A DNA stretch of 64,000 nt. Origin: the human T2T-CHM13v2.0 reference genome, Homo sapiens. Positions 13,189 through 26,571 of this stretch are shown piece by piece. The position numbers and the translations under genes were made by a program. Within the stretch, counting starts at the first letter, position 1. Each line of letters begins with the position of its first letter. The notes beneath the pieces were generated by a model that was given only the letters and a program-made list of their open reading frames with translations, was not told the origin of the DNA and searched no databases. Where the stretch lies: the NCBI RefSeq assembly GCF_009914755.1, contig NC_060931.1; one strand, 5' to 3'.

Positions 13189-13297
13189 AAAAATCCTTTT
13201 CTATAAACATCAATACATATTTTGGATTTGTTTTAAATGATAAAGCTTCACAAAGCCTTGGTTTTATCTCTTATTTAAAAATGAACTTTAATTCTAA

Positions 13298-13700
<403 letters not shown>

Positions 13701-15064
13701 TTGTGGGTTTTTTTGAGGTTATCTTCTTATATATTGAGATCTTCCTTAAGAGTCACTCATTCATTCAACAGAATGTATCCATCTATCAAGTCAGTGGAAT
13801 ATTGCTAATGAAAAATAAACCCAGTTTCTATGGCTGTCTTAAATCCTTATCATGTAATACTAAGGTAAATGTTCTCATTTCTTAGAGTGGTAATATTTAC
13901 AGAGAATCAATAAGTCCCTATATAGGCAGATTTTTAAATTTTGTTATATTTCTGATATTTACTTTTTCTTTATTAAAATGCCACAATAAATAACTGAAAA
14001 TACATTTAATAGGATATTTGGCTCCTCTCTCTGTAAAGTAGGTGTTAGACTGATCTTAAAAGACAGTCAAGAACCTATAGTTGTTATGTAAGCATTATTA
14101 AATCAAAAGCAAAAGTCTTTAAAATTTGATTCCCTGACTTCTTATCTATTCAACCTTATCTCTCATTATTTCCCATTATATGTTCTTGACTCCAATCAGA
14201 TAATTGTTCTCAAGAAAGTGATAATTCTAGTCTCAGTGAATTTTTTCCTTATTCTTTTCTTTTACCTAAAATGGCTTGCAACCTGGCTATCAAACTATTG
14301 GCTTACACAAGACTTCTGGCCTGGTGTTGTTACATCTACATGCTGACTACAGTCATTTTAAGAGCCTCCAAATGCAGGATTAATGTTCACAGAACTACAA
14401 ATAATTGTCCACTCCCTCTGGAACAGCAAGAAAGGTAGGGTATTTATTCACTAACTACTGTTGCGCTGAGCTCCAGTACATTAAAACCCTCCCACTTCCC
14501 CTGTTTCTGGATCGCAGCATCCTCCTCTAGTAAGAAAAACCTCTCGGGCAAAGAACTTCAGGTGCTTGGAAGAAGAAGCTGTCAAGTAGACGTACAACCT
14601 TGATGTAAGGTGGCTCCTTACGTGGACTTATCTTAGCTAGGTTTTATATAGTCGCCCTAAGTCCCCAGGTGTATCAAGTCTAATTACTCAAAAAAAGATC
14701 TTGGAGTAAAATGAACCATAGTTTTAATTTTGATTCGAATACTTGTGAACTTTGTTCTGATTGTCATATTAATAGAAATATTCATAGTATTACAGTAATG
14801 TTATTGGAATGTACTGTGGGAATGTACCCCTCCACAGTACATGATTTGGCCAAGACGGCAATTGTTAGGGGGTTCTTCCGTCTTGTCCCTGGGATTATTC
14901 TTCCTCTTCTCCATTTGATTTCCCTGGATGGGAAACTCAAGCCAAAAGCATATCTTGCAGCGCTTTAAGCTAAAATGTGTTTGTGATCTGAACTTTCATA
15001 GGAAGTATATATACCCAAATTAAATTTCAAGCAATCGCCTAAGGTAGGAGGGAGAAAGTGCAGT

Positions 15065-15250
15065 TCTTTTCTTGGCTGAACTGCTGCTAAAGTGACCTTC
15101 AATAAACTAGTCAACCTTTTTATTCATTAGTTTCTCCCTTGTCAAAGTAAGTGGCTAAGAATATATTGCTACCAATCATGCATGGCTATAGCGAAGAGAA
15201 GTGGAAAAATTAGCACCCTAAGAAATGGAGATATGCCATGAAAATATGCG
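15065..15250 (+). mobile_element. MIR fragment
   Basis: GTGACCTTCAATAAACTAGTCAACC...TAGTTTCTCCCTTGTCAAAGT resembles the MIR core. Confidence 0.45.
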
Positions 15251-16197
15251 ATGTGTGTAGAAATTTTAATAGTCTGCAATGTTTTCTTTGTGTTTGAGCT
15301 TGAATGGATGATGCTAAGGCATTTTGTTGGTTTTGGTTTGTTGCTTACTTTAGTCTCCTGCAGGAAGGTTTCACAAAATAGATTAAGTTTTATATCTTTC
15401 CACCTAAAGGAAGCAGACAGTTACATGGCTGGTTTCATCTGATGGAGAGATTTATTGTCATGCTGAAGTGAAAATGTAATAGATGTATTTCCTAATTCAA
15501 CCTTTTCTCAATCTGCATATTTCACATTTCAATCAAATACAAATGACTGTCAAGCAAAGATTTTATGCACTTGAATTTCATCAAAAGGGTAGAAATATAA
15601 ATATTAAGAAGGTCCTACAATATGTGAAATGGTTCTTATTAAATCTAGGGACCAATTACTTGACTCCTTATTATTACTGTCCATTGAAATTTTTTTTTAA
15701 AATATAGAAAATTGTCAATTCTTTCAAAGATGAAATCTAACATGAATCATCTGTAAACAAGTAGAAAAAGTTAATACATGTTTAAAAAAGTTAACACATA
15801 TTTAGGACACAGATTACATAGGTTCAAATAGCATAAAATTATCACATTATTTCTTTTTTATGTATTTCTCTTACATACCTTCATTCACTGTTGACTGATT
15901 CAACAATTAGTATTGTTCAAAACTCAAGTAATTGATTCTCTTTGCAAAGTATGTTCTTGTAATGCAGGGTCTGGGCAAGAAGTACAGTGGTGTTAATTGT
16001 GTACTTAGAAAGGATGATGTTAGTATACCCAGTGTAGAAAAAAAAGGAAGAATTTATGTATGCAATTATTAATTAAAATGTATTTAAAAATATAATAATA
16101 TAAATACTGTCACTTACAGAAACATGAATTAAAAATTAGGAATTTTGGTAATTTCTTGAGCTCTGTTAATAGTTGGTTTCTGGTTTCACTTCCTTAT

Positions 16198-16702
16198 TTT
16201 ATAAGCCAGAGTTCTACAGAGAAATAGGGCCAATAGGATTGATGGATAGATATAAATATATTTATGATGTGGGATTGGCTTATGTGACTAAGGAGGCAGA
16301 GAATTTCCATGATATTCTATGTGGAAGCTGGAGGCCCAGGAAAGCCAATTGTATCATTCTGGTCTATGCCCAAAGTTCTGGAACCACGAGTGTTGGGGGA
16401 ATGTGGCTACAGTCTGAGTCTAAGGCCTGAGAACCAGGATCACTGAGGTCCAAGGGCAGGATAGGATAGATGGCCCAGCTCAACAGGTGCCTTTTTGTTC
16501 TATTTAGGCCATCAAAGGATGGATGATGCCCATATCTGCATTGATGAGGATGATGTTCTTTACTCAGTCTATAAATTCAGACGCTAATCACGTTTGGAAA
16601 GCCCCTACGACATCCGTAGACACATACCCAGAAACAATGCTCTGTTAGGTATATGGGTGTCCCTTAGTCTAATCAAGTTGACACATAAAATTAACCATCA
16701 CA
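16198..16702 (-). mobile_element. MLT2B-type ERVL LTR
   Basis: Ends CAAGTTGACACATAAAATTAACCATCACA (reverse of the MLT2 start TGTGATGGTTAATTTTATGTGTCAACTTG); begins CCAGAGTTCTACAGAGAAA. Confidence 0.88.
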
Positions 16703-18984
16703 CTTATCCTAAAAATAAAGTTTGAAATTATATAAGCTATAAAAGTTCCTTCTAGCATGAAGATTCCAGGATTCTTCTATATTGTTATTTATTTGCTATA
16801 GCAAATTCATGATTATGCTCTTGGAAATTTAGCTTTGATAAGTTTTCAACCTGTCTATATTTATAGAAATGCTAGGATTAGCCAAAATATGCTCCTTTTG
16901 TAGGTCTCTCCCAGTCAGATTGTTCAAATCAACATACCTAAGGTATGTTGTTGCTTTCCTCACAGTATAGGTAGATATTTGGAAAGGGTTTCATGTAACA
17001 ATTGTCTCTTGGGATTTCACCATTTTACTCATCACTCTTATAAATTCTAAAGAAACTGATTTTAAAAAAATTATCCTGAGAAGCTTATGGCCAAAGAGGG
17101 TCACTTCCTAACATATATATCACAGCTTCTGTTTTAAGATCTGTTCTTCCTAGTCAATTGCTTTTTAACACTGCCTATGGTAAATATAATTGAGTATTTT
17201 CAGAAAAAAAATGACCTAGATTATACTGTGTGTGAAGTTAATTGCTTACATAAAAATACAGTATTCAAAATCATTTCAAATGACAAGTATTATTTTCTCT
17301 TATTTGACTTAATTGTGAATACATTTATAAATTCATCAAGTAATTGTAGAATTATTTATTTGAACTGTGTAATCTTTGAAATAAGTGAAATTTCATTTAG
17401 AAACACCGTGGATATTAAATTTGTAAGTCTCTTAGAAATCAAGTTTCAAAAATAATCCAAATGAGATTCAGAAAAGCTTAGCAATTTATAATGCGCCACA
17501 CAAAGTCAATAATTATGACATCTTCTGATTTTCATTTTCAATAAAGCAATGGGACCAAATAAGTGGGGCAAAGTATGCCTAAGAAAAAAAAGATGATAGA
17601 TTAATAAAAAAATGAGGCAAAAGGTATTATATTAAGCATTGTGTACTTTAAAAAAGGCATCACAAAAATGAGTACTAGAGGATGTTTTTAAAACCTAAAA
17701 TGAACAAGGACAAGCAAAATGAGAATCAGTTAGGAAAAATATATAACAAAGCAGCATACAGCATCAATTCTTCATTTCCTTTATAGTTTATTAGTTTCAA
17801 TATAAACACTGAGGGATTTTGAGATGTGAACATAATGAAAATGCTAGTTTGGTGAAGTCAATGAGGAGTTTTTAGCTGTTTTATAATCAAGTTTCTATGT
17901 TGTTCTCCAGTTTATTGTTTATTTGATCATTTGTACAACTGGCATTTAGATTAACAGGCAAGCATAATCATACAAAACTAGAGTGTACCAATATGGCTTT
18001 AAAACTAGACCAAACTGTCAAGTATGTGAGTATGAAGGGTGTAGAAATACAGACATTATAAATTAAAAGATTATAGGATGCAGTTTTACATTTGACCTCA
18101 GGACTAGCAAAACATTAGTAAGGAAAGAACTCTTAAGATATGTTGAATTTATTCTCTTTAAAATCCAATGTTACCCAGAAAGAGTTGCTAAGAATGTTAC
18201 AACTCTTAAAAGTTTCAATTTGTTCAATGAGTCTTTATGTATAAAGGTCCCTATACATTAGTCTCACTCTAAACTTAAACAATAAAATATTTTTAAAGTA
18301 TAATTTTTGATTGAAACATTACGTCAAGTCTGTTAAATTTTGTACATACTACTTGATAAATGTATGAATTCATTGCTTAGGGGTAAACAATATAAACTAG
18401 AGCAAAGAAGGAAAAAATGAAATGAGAGGGCTTAGCTTCCTTGTCAACTAGGCAGCCCTGGAGAATGGAGCAAAAGGAAATGGATACTGCTAACTTGGAT
18501 TCCTGGATTAAATGATGCTTCTTTAAACGTTAGTACATAATTTGAGCCTTATGCTTAAGACTAAGAAGAACACCAAAGGAATGAGGCCTAAAAAACTTCT
18601 CAGTTCCCAGTATACCCAGTAGTCAAAGAAGAATGCTTATCTAATATAAATAAGTGAATAAACAAAGTTTCTGCAAAAGTTACTACTCTGTTTTTGACTA
18701 TAAACAAACCATGAATTGTTATAAATTTAGTAAACAAGCATCATTGCTTAGTTTATCCGTGCTGTTACACAAAGCAATTACATTGTTTTTGCTTTAATTT
18801 AGTTCTTTTGAATGCTTTTGAGAATACGTCCCTGTTTGCAGCACCATGAGTTTCCATCTACAATTGTCCAGACTCTTGGTGCACTGTCCATCCGACTAGT
18901 TACTACAGACAATTATGATAATGATAGTGGTAACTTACAGTTATGGAATGCTTAGTTGAATGTCCAGCATTATTTTTTTTTATT

Positions 18985-19625
18985 CATTGTTAGAGAGGAT
19001 GAAGAATAACCAGAACATCTGGGGCTCCAGCATAATGCTGGTAGAAAAAACGAAATGGTACAAACCACTTTGGACACAATAGTTTGGCAGTTCCTTAAAA
19101 GATCAAGCATGTACTTCAAATATGTCCTAGCAATTCAAATTCTTATTACCAAGAGAAAAAAAAACATATGTCCATAAAATATTTGAACATGAGTGTTCAT
19201 AGCAATTTTATTTACAATATCCCCAAACTTGAAATAACTCAAATGTCCATTGAGAGTTGAATAAACACATCGACAAGGACTGAACAATAAAGAGAATGCA
19301 CTACTGAGATAAGCAACAAAATGGATGAATCTTAAAAACATCATGGTGAGCAAAAGGTGCCAGGCACAAAAGAACATATACTCTATGATTTCATTAATTT
19401 CAAATCATAAAAAACTGTTAGATAGTGACAAAATTTGTCAAAGGCCAGTGATCTTGGAAAGGATTTACTACAAGTATGCATCAGTGAACTCTGAGGTTGA
19501 TAAGGATATTCTATACCTGCATTTGTTTTATGTTCTGGTTATTCCTTATCCTCTCTAACAATAAACGAAAAATAATGTATACCTTAAAGGCTCTCCACTT
19601 AAAACAAGTATATTTATTATATGTT
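18985..19625 (+). mobile_element. Ancient L1M (L1MD/ME) 3' fragment
   Basis: AAATGGTACAAACCACTTTGG..AGTTTGGCAGTT; GTTCATAGCAATTTTATTTACAATA; ATGGATGAATCTTAAAAACATCATG. Confidence 0.75.
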
Positions 19626-20491
19626 TGAGAAATGAAATAACCACTTATCAAATGTTCTTTTTTAAAAAATAATAAATGTGACTTTTAATGCAAGATACTG
19701 TTCAAAACTAATGATTCTGAAATATCTAGGTCATACTAACTGCAATCACATATTATTACTCATCTTCACATAGGAAAAAATATAAAGAAGGTGTAATCAT
19801 AGGCAGTATTTTTCTCACCATTTCACCATTTTAATGTTCCAAGGAAAGAGATAGATCCACAAATTAAACATGAAAGATATCCTCAAACCTTTGAAAGAGA
19901 CTTTAATTTATTTAACACTAAGACAGCAATTATTATTGAAAATAGAGAAAAAATTCACAAAATTTTATAAAATGATGTTCTTACAAACTTCCTTTTATCA
20001 TTTAAAAATCTTTATTATCCCTACTTAATTCTGGATTTTTAAAACCATATCAAGTTCATCCACTTCATTTATGACATTTTGATGCAGAAATGTCATTGGT
20101 ATACATATCCTAGATTTTCTGTTGTACAATGTCAACAATTTAGTCAACAGTGTTAGATTGCATATTTGTTTCTAAACTTCATACATAATTATCTTAATTC
20201 ACAATACTAATTTAGAGAGAGCACAATTTTTCTATTGCTAGTGTTTTTCATCACTATATTCTGACTTTTCAAGCAAAAAGTACACAGCAGAGTTGCTATA
20301 AAACTTCTCTTGTAGGACTATCTTAAACTAGACTACCCGGGATTCTGAAATGAAAAGCCCTACATTACAGAAATTCAAATTTCAGGACTACCACACATAT
20401 TTACATAAAAATCATATTATCATTAGTGAATGGATATAGAAATAAAACAACACATAAAGACTGCTCAAAATCTCAGACAACGAATTCAGCA

Positions 20492-20830
20492 TGCCATGGC
20501 CTAAATAATTATGTCTCCTCAGGACTTGTATGTTAATATCTTAGGCCACAAGGTGATGGTTTCAGGAGGTGGAGCCTTTGGAAGGTAATTAAGTCATAGG
20601 AGCAGTGAGTGGGATTAAGTGCCCTCATAAAAGAGCCCAAAAAAGACCCCTCACTCCTTCCACCGGGTGAAAACACAAGAAGGAGCCATGTGTGAAGCAG
20701 GAAATGGGCCCTCACCAGACACCAAATCTGCCTGCACCTTGATCTTGGACTTTCAGTCTCCAGAACTGTGAGAAATAAATTTCCATTGTTTGCAAGCTAT
20801 TTCATTTTGGGTATTTTGTTATAGAAGCAC
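20492..20830 (+). mobile_element. MLT1A-type MaLR LTR
   Basis: GGAGGTGGAGCCTTTGGAAGGTAATTAAGTCAT; CCCTCACCAGACACCAAATCTGC..CTTGATCTTGGACTT..CCAGAACTGTGAGAAATAAATTT. Confidence 0.88.
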
Positions 20831-20989
20831 AATTATTGCTTAATTATCACATTTTAATAACTTATAACTGATATTATCTTCTAGTCACTAATATCCAGGT
20901 TACAATAACAATAAAGAAGCACAGAGAAAACTACATGAATATAATGCATATTTACAATGACTAAGTTAGTTAATAAAGGGATATATAAC

Positions 20990-21790
20990 ATATATAGTAT
21001 ATCATATTATATATAGAATGGGATTTAAAACTGATTTTAAGGTATAAAGCAAATATAAGGGATAAAAACATCATAGTAAAAGTTTTAAGTTCTTAAAGAA
21101 GTTACAGTAATTCTAAATATATACACACAAAGTATCTCAAAATGTATAAATCAAAATGATTATACTTCAAGAAGAAGCAGAGAAATTAGCAATCACAATG
21201 TCACAATGAAATGAATTAGACATACCTCCTCCAGCAATTATCTGTTAAAATAGGGAGAATATTAATAAGGATATAGATTTAAATGGCAAAATGAATATGA
21301 TTGACTTAAAGTATCTTATATAGAAAGTTACATCAAAAATTATAAAATTTAGGTTATTTTCAAGCGTGTGGAACATTTATGAACATTTATATCATAGGCT
21401 GTGTATTATATATACCTTTGTTTCTGATGTAAGTTAAATTGGAAAAAATAACAAACATTTTCAAAACGAGTAATTCAGATACTCTCAACTTGAAACATTA
21501 AACAGCAAACATTTAAATAACTCACAGGTAAAAGGATAAGAAGAAGAAAAAATATTGAGTAGCAATTTTAATATGAAACAAAGCAGGTTAAAATAATACA
21601 TACGAAACTATTGGAAATTAAGTTAAATTAGAACCTTTAGTGAGAAGTACTCTTAAGTGCTAATATTTGAAAAGTAAGAACACTAACAATTATTAAATTA
21701 AATGTAAAATATGAGTACTTAGAGAACCAAGGATAAACCTTGAGAATTCAGAAAAATAATATGATAAAGAGAAAAAAATGATGAATTGTA
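20990..21790 (+). mobile_element. Highly decayed L1M ORF2 (endonuclease region)
   Basis: A-rich sequence with residual L1 EN motifs (ACAGTAATTCTAAATATATAC; AAGGATATAG; TTTTCAAGCGTGTGGAACATTT). Confidence 0.5.
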
Positions 21791-21799
21791 AAATATAGA

Positions 21800-22585
21800 C
21801 CTTAGTAATGTCTGTCATTTTTATTTTGACCATTCTCTCATCTGATGGTATATAAGTCTATCGTGCTATGGACTTAATTTGTTTATAATTGATGATGATT
21901 AACTAGGTTGCCACTTTCTAAATACTACTCGACCATCAGTTCTTTGGTAAAATGCCTGTTTAGGTCTTATTCTTCCCTATTGCACATGCACATTTTATCA
22001 GTTGGATTGCCTTTTTGTTTTTAAATTATACATAATCTTTTTATTGTGGATAAGTGTTCTTTGGGAGATTTTTATACACATATATGTATAAAACACACAC
22101 ATACATAGTTGTTTTTCATATCACTCGCTTAATGTTATTGAACATAAATTCTTGATTTTATTGCAATCCTGTTTATATTAATAATTATTTTATTTTTATG
22201 GTGAGTGCAATTTTAGACATGTTTAAAAATATTTTGCCTGCTATAGGGTCATAAAGATATTCTATCTGTTTTCTTCTCTGATCTTCATTGCTTTACCATT
22301 CAGATTTAAGTTTGAAATCTCTCTAAAATTGACTTTTAGGTATGGTGTTATTTGTTAGATGTCAGCTTCTTTTTTCGTATTCAAATATTCTACTTTTGCA
22401 TCATGATTTACCAAAAGAGTCATTCTTTCTGTTTTTTCCCATTTAACTCTTCTCATTCCAATAACATATTGCTTTAATCTTTTTGACAGTAGGTCTTCAT
22501 ATCTGAGTGTATAAGACTTTCAAGTTTCTTCTGCAAGATTATCCTCTCTATTCTTGGTGCTTTTATTTTCCGATTTACAATTTTT
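21800..22585 (-). mobile_element. Ancient L1ME fragment (host of the next insertion; resumes at ~31539)
   Basis: T-rich decayed ORF2 sequence in antisense orientation, colinear with 31539-35000. Confidence 0.6.
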
Positions 22586-22712
22586 CTTTTATTAATACAC
22601 GTTATTTTACATATTTGTTGGGTACATATGAGTGTTTGTGACATGCACAGAATGTCTAAGGATCAACTCAGGGTAATTGTGGTATTCTTCACCTTCAAAA
22701 TTTATAATTTTT
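22586..22712 (-). mobile_element. Short L1MA-type 3' terminus
   Basis: Minus strand reads TTACCCTGAGTTGATCCTTAGACATTCTGTGCATGTCACAAACACTCATATGTACCCAACAAATATGTAAAATA..AATAAA. Confidence 0.7.
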
Positions 22713-23441
22713 AAAATAATTTCAATTTTTATTTTATGTTCAGGGACCACATATGCACTTTGCTACATGGGTATATTGTATGATACTTAAGTATAGGGTA
22801 AAAATGATTGTCTAACCCAGGTAATGAATGTATATAGTACCCAATAGGTAGTTTTTCAGCACTCTCCCTTACCTCTCTCCCCTCTCTAACAGTTCCTCGT
22901 GTCTGTTGTTACCATCTTTACGTCCAAGTGTACTCAAAGATTAGCTCCTACTTATAAGTGAGAACTTGCAGTATTTGGTTTTCTGCTACTGCATTAACGC
23001 ACTTAACGATTCTTACGATTTTAGCCTCTAGCTTCATGCATGTTGCTGCAAAAGAACACGATTTCATTCTTTTTTTTATGGTTATGAAGTGTTGCATCCT
23101 GTATATGTATTACATTTTCTTTATCCAGTCCAATGCTGATGGCACCTAGGTTGATTACATTAGCTTTCTATTGTGAATAGTGCTGTGATAAACATATAAA
23201 TGCAGGTTTCTTTTTGATAAAATAACTTCTTTTCCTTTGGATAGATATCCAGTAGAGGGATTGCTGGATAAAAGGATAGTTCTATTTTTAGCTTTTTAAG
23301 AACTCTCCAAACTACTCTCCACAGTGGCTGACCTAATTTACATTCCCACTACCGATGTGTAAGCATTCCATTTTCCCTGCAGCCTCGCCAGCATCTGTTT
23401 TGTTTTGTTTTGTTTTTATCTTTTTAATAGGACCTACTCTG

Positions 23442-23743
23442 GGCCAGGCTCAGTGGCTCACGCCTGTAATCCCAGCACTTTGGGAAGCTGAGGCGGGTGG
23501 ATCACTTGGGGTCAGGAGTTAGAGACCAGCCTGGCCAACATGGTGAAACTCCGTCTCTACTACAAATAGAAAAATTAACTGGGCGTGGTGGTGGGCGCCT
23601 GTAATCCCAGCTACTTGGGAGGCTGAGGCAGAGAATTGCTTGAACCTGGGAGGTGGAGGTTGCAGTGAGCTGAGATCATGCCACTCCAGCCTGAGAGACA
23701 GAGCGAGACTCTGTCTCAAAAAAAAAAAAAAAAAAAAAAAAAA
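23442..23743 (+). mobile_element. AluS nested in L1
   Basis: Full Alu dimer with long poly-A. Confidence 0.95.
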
Positions 23744-23792
23744 GGAGCCATTCTGACTGGTATGAGATGATATCTGATGTCCTTAGTGCACT

Positions 23793-23940
23793 TTTTTTTA
23801 AGAGTCTTTGTTTTTGTTTTAACTTTTATTTCAGGTTCAGGGGTACATGGGAAGGTTTGTTACATAGATAAACTAGTAAACTAGTGTCGTGGGGGTTTGT
23901 TGTACAGATTATTTCATCACTCAGGTATTAAGCCCAGTAC
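23793..23940 (-). mobile_element. Short L1PA13-15-like 3' end nested in L1
   Basis: AACTTTTATTTCAGGTTCAGGGGTACATG..TGTACAGATTATTTCATCAC interrupts the host sequence CACTTTTT|AATGGGG. Confidence 0.75.
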
Positions 23941-24187
23941 AGTTTTTAATGGGGTTGTTTGCTTTTTCTTTTTGGATTGATTAAGTGTTCTATAGATTCT
24001 GAATATAGACCATTGCCAGATGCAAAGGTGGTGAGTATTTTCTTTCATTCTGTAGGTTGTCTGTTTATTCTAGTGACAGTTTATGTTGCTGTGCATAAGC
24101 TCTTTCTTTTAATTAGGTCTTACTTGTTAATTTTTGTTTTTGTTGCAATTGCTTTTGAGGATTTAGTAATGAATTATTTGCCAAGGC

Positions 24188-24472
24188 TCATGGCCTTCAT
24201 GAATGGCTTAATACCACTCCCTTGGTGATAAGGTAGTTCTCACACTATTATTTCATGCAAGAGCTGTTTGTTTAAAAGAAGCCTGGCATCTGATCTTTTC
24301 TCTTGCTTCCTCTCTCTGCATGTTATATGCCCACTCCCCCTTTACCTTCTGCCATGATCGAAAACTTCCTTAGTCCTCACCAGAAGAAGAGAAGACGCTG
24401 GCACCATGCTTGTACAGCCTGAAGAACAATGAGCTAAGTAAACTTCATGCTAAGTAAACTTCTTTTCTTTAT
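24188..24472 (+). mobile_element. Internal fragment of an MSTB-type LTR lacking both termini
   Basis: Aligns with 26265-26520; no TG/CA ends and no TSD. Confidence 0.85.
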
Positions 24473-26158
24473 CTATGTCCAGAATGGTATTTCCTAGTTT
24501 TCTTCTAAGATTTTTACAGATTGAGGCATTAAATTTAAATTCTTAATCCATCTTGAGTTAATTTTTGTACATGGTGAAAGACATGTGTCCAGTATCATTA
24601 TTCTGTGTGTGGCTAGTCAGTTATCATACCCAGCACCGTTTATGGAATAGAAAGTCCTTTTTGCCTTGCTTATTTTTGTTAACTTTGAAGAAGATCAGAT
24701 AGTTGTATGCGTTTGGCTTTATTTCTAAGTTCTCTATTCTTTTCTATTGATCTTTGTGTCTCTTTTTGTACCAGTACCATGTTTTTTTGGTGATTGTAGC
24801 TTTATAGTATGGTTTGACATTGGATAATGTGATGCCTCCAACTTTGTTATTTTTTGCCTAGGATTGCTTTGGCTATTTGGGCTTGTTTTTGGTGTCATAT
24901 AAATTTTAAAATAGTTTTTCCTAATTCTGTAAAAAAATGACATTGGAAGTTTGATAGAAAGAGTCTTAAATCTTTATATTGCTTTGGGCACCATGGCCAC
25001 TTTAATGATATTGATTTTTCTAATCCAGGTGCAAGTAATGTTTTTCTATTTCTATGTCTATGATTTCTCTCAGCTGTGTTTTATAGTTATCCTTATAGAG
25101 AAATACCTATTCCTAGGTATTTTGTTTGCTTGTGGCAATCATGAATGGGACTGCATTCTTGATTTGGCCTGCAGCATGATCATTTCTTGTGTATAAAAAT
25201 GATACTAATTTTTATACATAACTTTTGTATACTGAAACTTTATTAAAACCAGCTATTGGTTCTAGGAGCCTCTTGACAGTGTCTTTAGGGTTTTCTAGGT
25301 ATATAATCACGTTGTTAGTTAACAGAGATAATTTGACTTATTTTCCTATTTGGAAGGCTTTTGCTTTTGTATCTTGTCTGATTTCTCTGACCAGGATTTC
25401 CAGTACTATATTAAATAGGAGTGGTGACAGTGGGCATCTTTGTCTTGTTATTGTTCTTAAGGGGAATGCTTCCAGCATTTACATGTTCAGTATGATGTTA
25501 GCTGTGAGACTGTCACAGATGACTCTTATTGCAATTACATTGAGGTATGTTCTTTTGATCCTTAGTTTGCTGAGAATTTTTATCATAAAGGATGTTGAAT
25601 TTTATTGAAAGCATTTTCTACATCAATTGAGATGATTAAATGGTTTTTGTTTCTAATTCTGTTCATGTACTGAATTACGTTTATTGATTTGTGTGTGTTG
25701 AACCAGTCTTGCATCCCAGGAATAAAGCCTACTTGATTGTGGTGAATTAACTTTTTGATATGCTGCTGAATTTCATTTGTTAGTATTCTGTTGAGAATTT
25801 TTACATCTATGTTCATCAGGGGTATTGGCCTGTAGCTTTTTTTACATTGTGTCTTTGCCAGATGGTATCCACGTGATGCTGACTTTGTGGAATGAATTAG
25901 GGAGGAGGCCTTTAATCTTGATTTTTTTGGAATAATTTCAGTAGATTTTGTACCTATTCTTCTTTATACATCTGGTGGAATTCAGCTGGAATCCATCTGA
26001 TCTGGAGCTTTTTATCATTGGTAGATTTTTTATTACTGATTCAATTGCAGAACTCAATATTAGTCTATTCAGGATTTATATTTCTTCCTGATTCAAACTT
26101 GGAAGGTTTTGTGGTTCCATGAATTTGTCCATTTCATCTAGACTTTCCAATTTTTGTG

Positions 26159-26571
26159 TAAGATGGTTTGGATCTGTGTACTCTCCAAATTTCATTTTGA
26201 AACACAATCCCCAATATTGGAGGTAAGGCCTAGCAGCAAGTTATGGATCATGGGGGTGGATTTCTCCTGAATGGCTTAGCACCGTTACCTTGGTGATAAG
26301 TTACTTCTCACATTATTAGCTCATGCAACTGGTTGTTTAAAAGGAGATTGGCACCTCATCCTCTCTCTCTTTCTTCTGCTCTTTGCATGTGATACGCTGG
26401 CTTCCCCTTTGCCTTCTACCATGATCAAAAACTTCCTTAGGCCTCACAGAAGAAATGCAGAAGGTGACACCATGTTTGTACAGCCTGAAGGACCATGAGT
26501 CAAATAAACTTTTTTAAAAATTTATACATTACCCAGCCTTAGATGTTCCTTTATAGCAATGCAAACAGACA
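26159..26571 (+). mobile_element. MSTB-type MaLR solo LTR nested in L1
   Basis: ATGGTTTGGATCTGTG...TTACCCAGCCTTAG..TTTATAGCAATGCAAACAGACA. Confidence 0.88.

Noticed and set aside
18968-19577. Reading the inverted repeat as the TIRs of a new DNA transposon
   Set aside because: No TSD is visible, the interior is L1M, and the left arm is itself L1-like. Kept only as a templated inversion.
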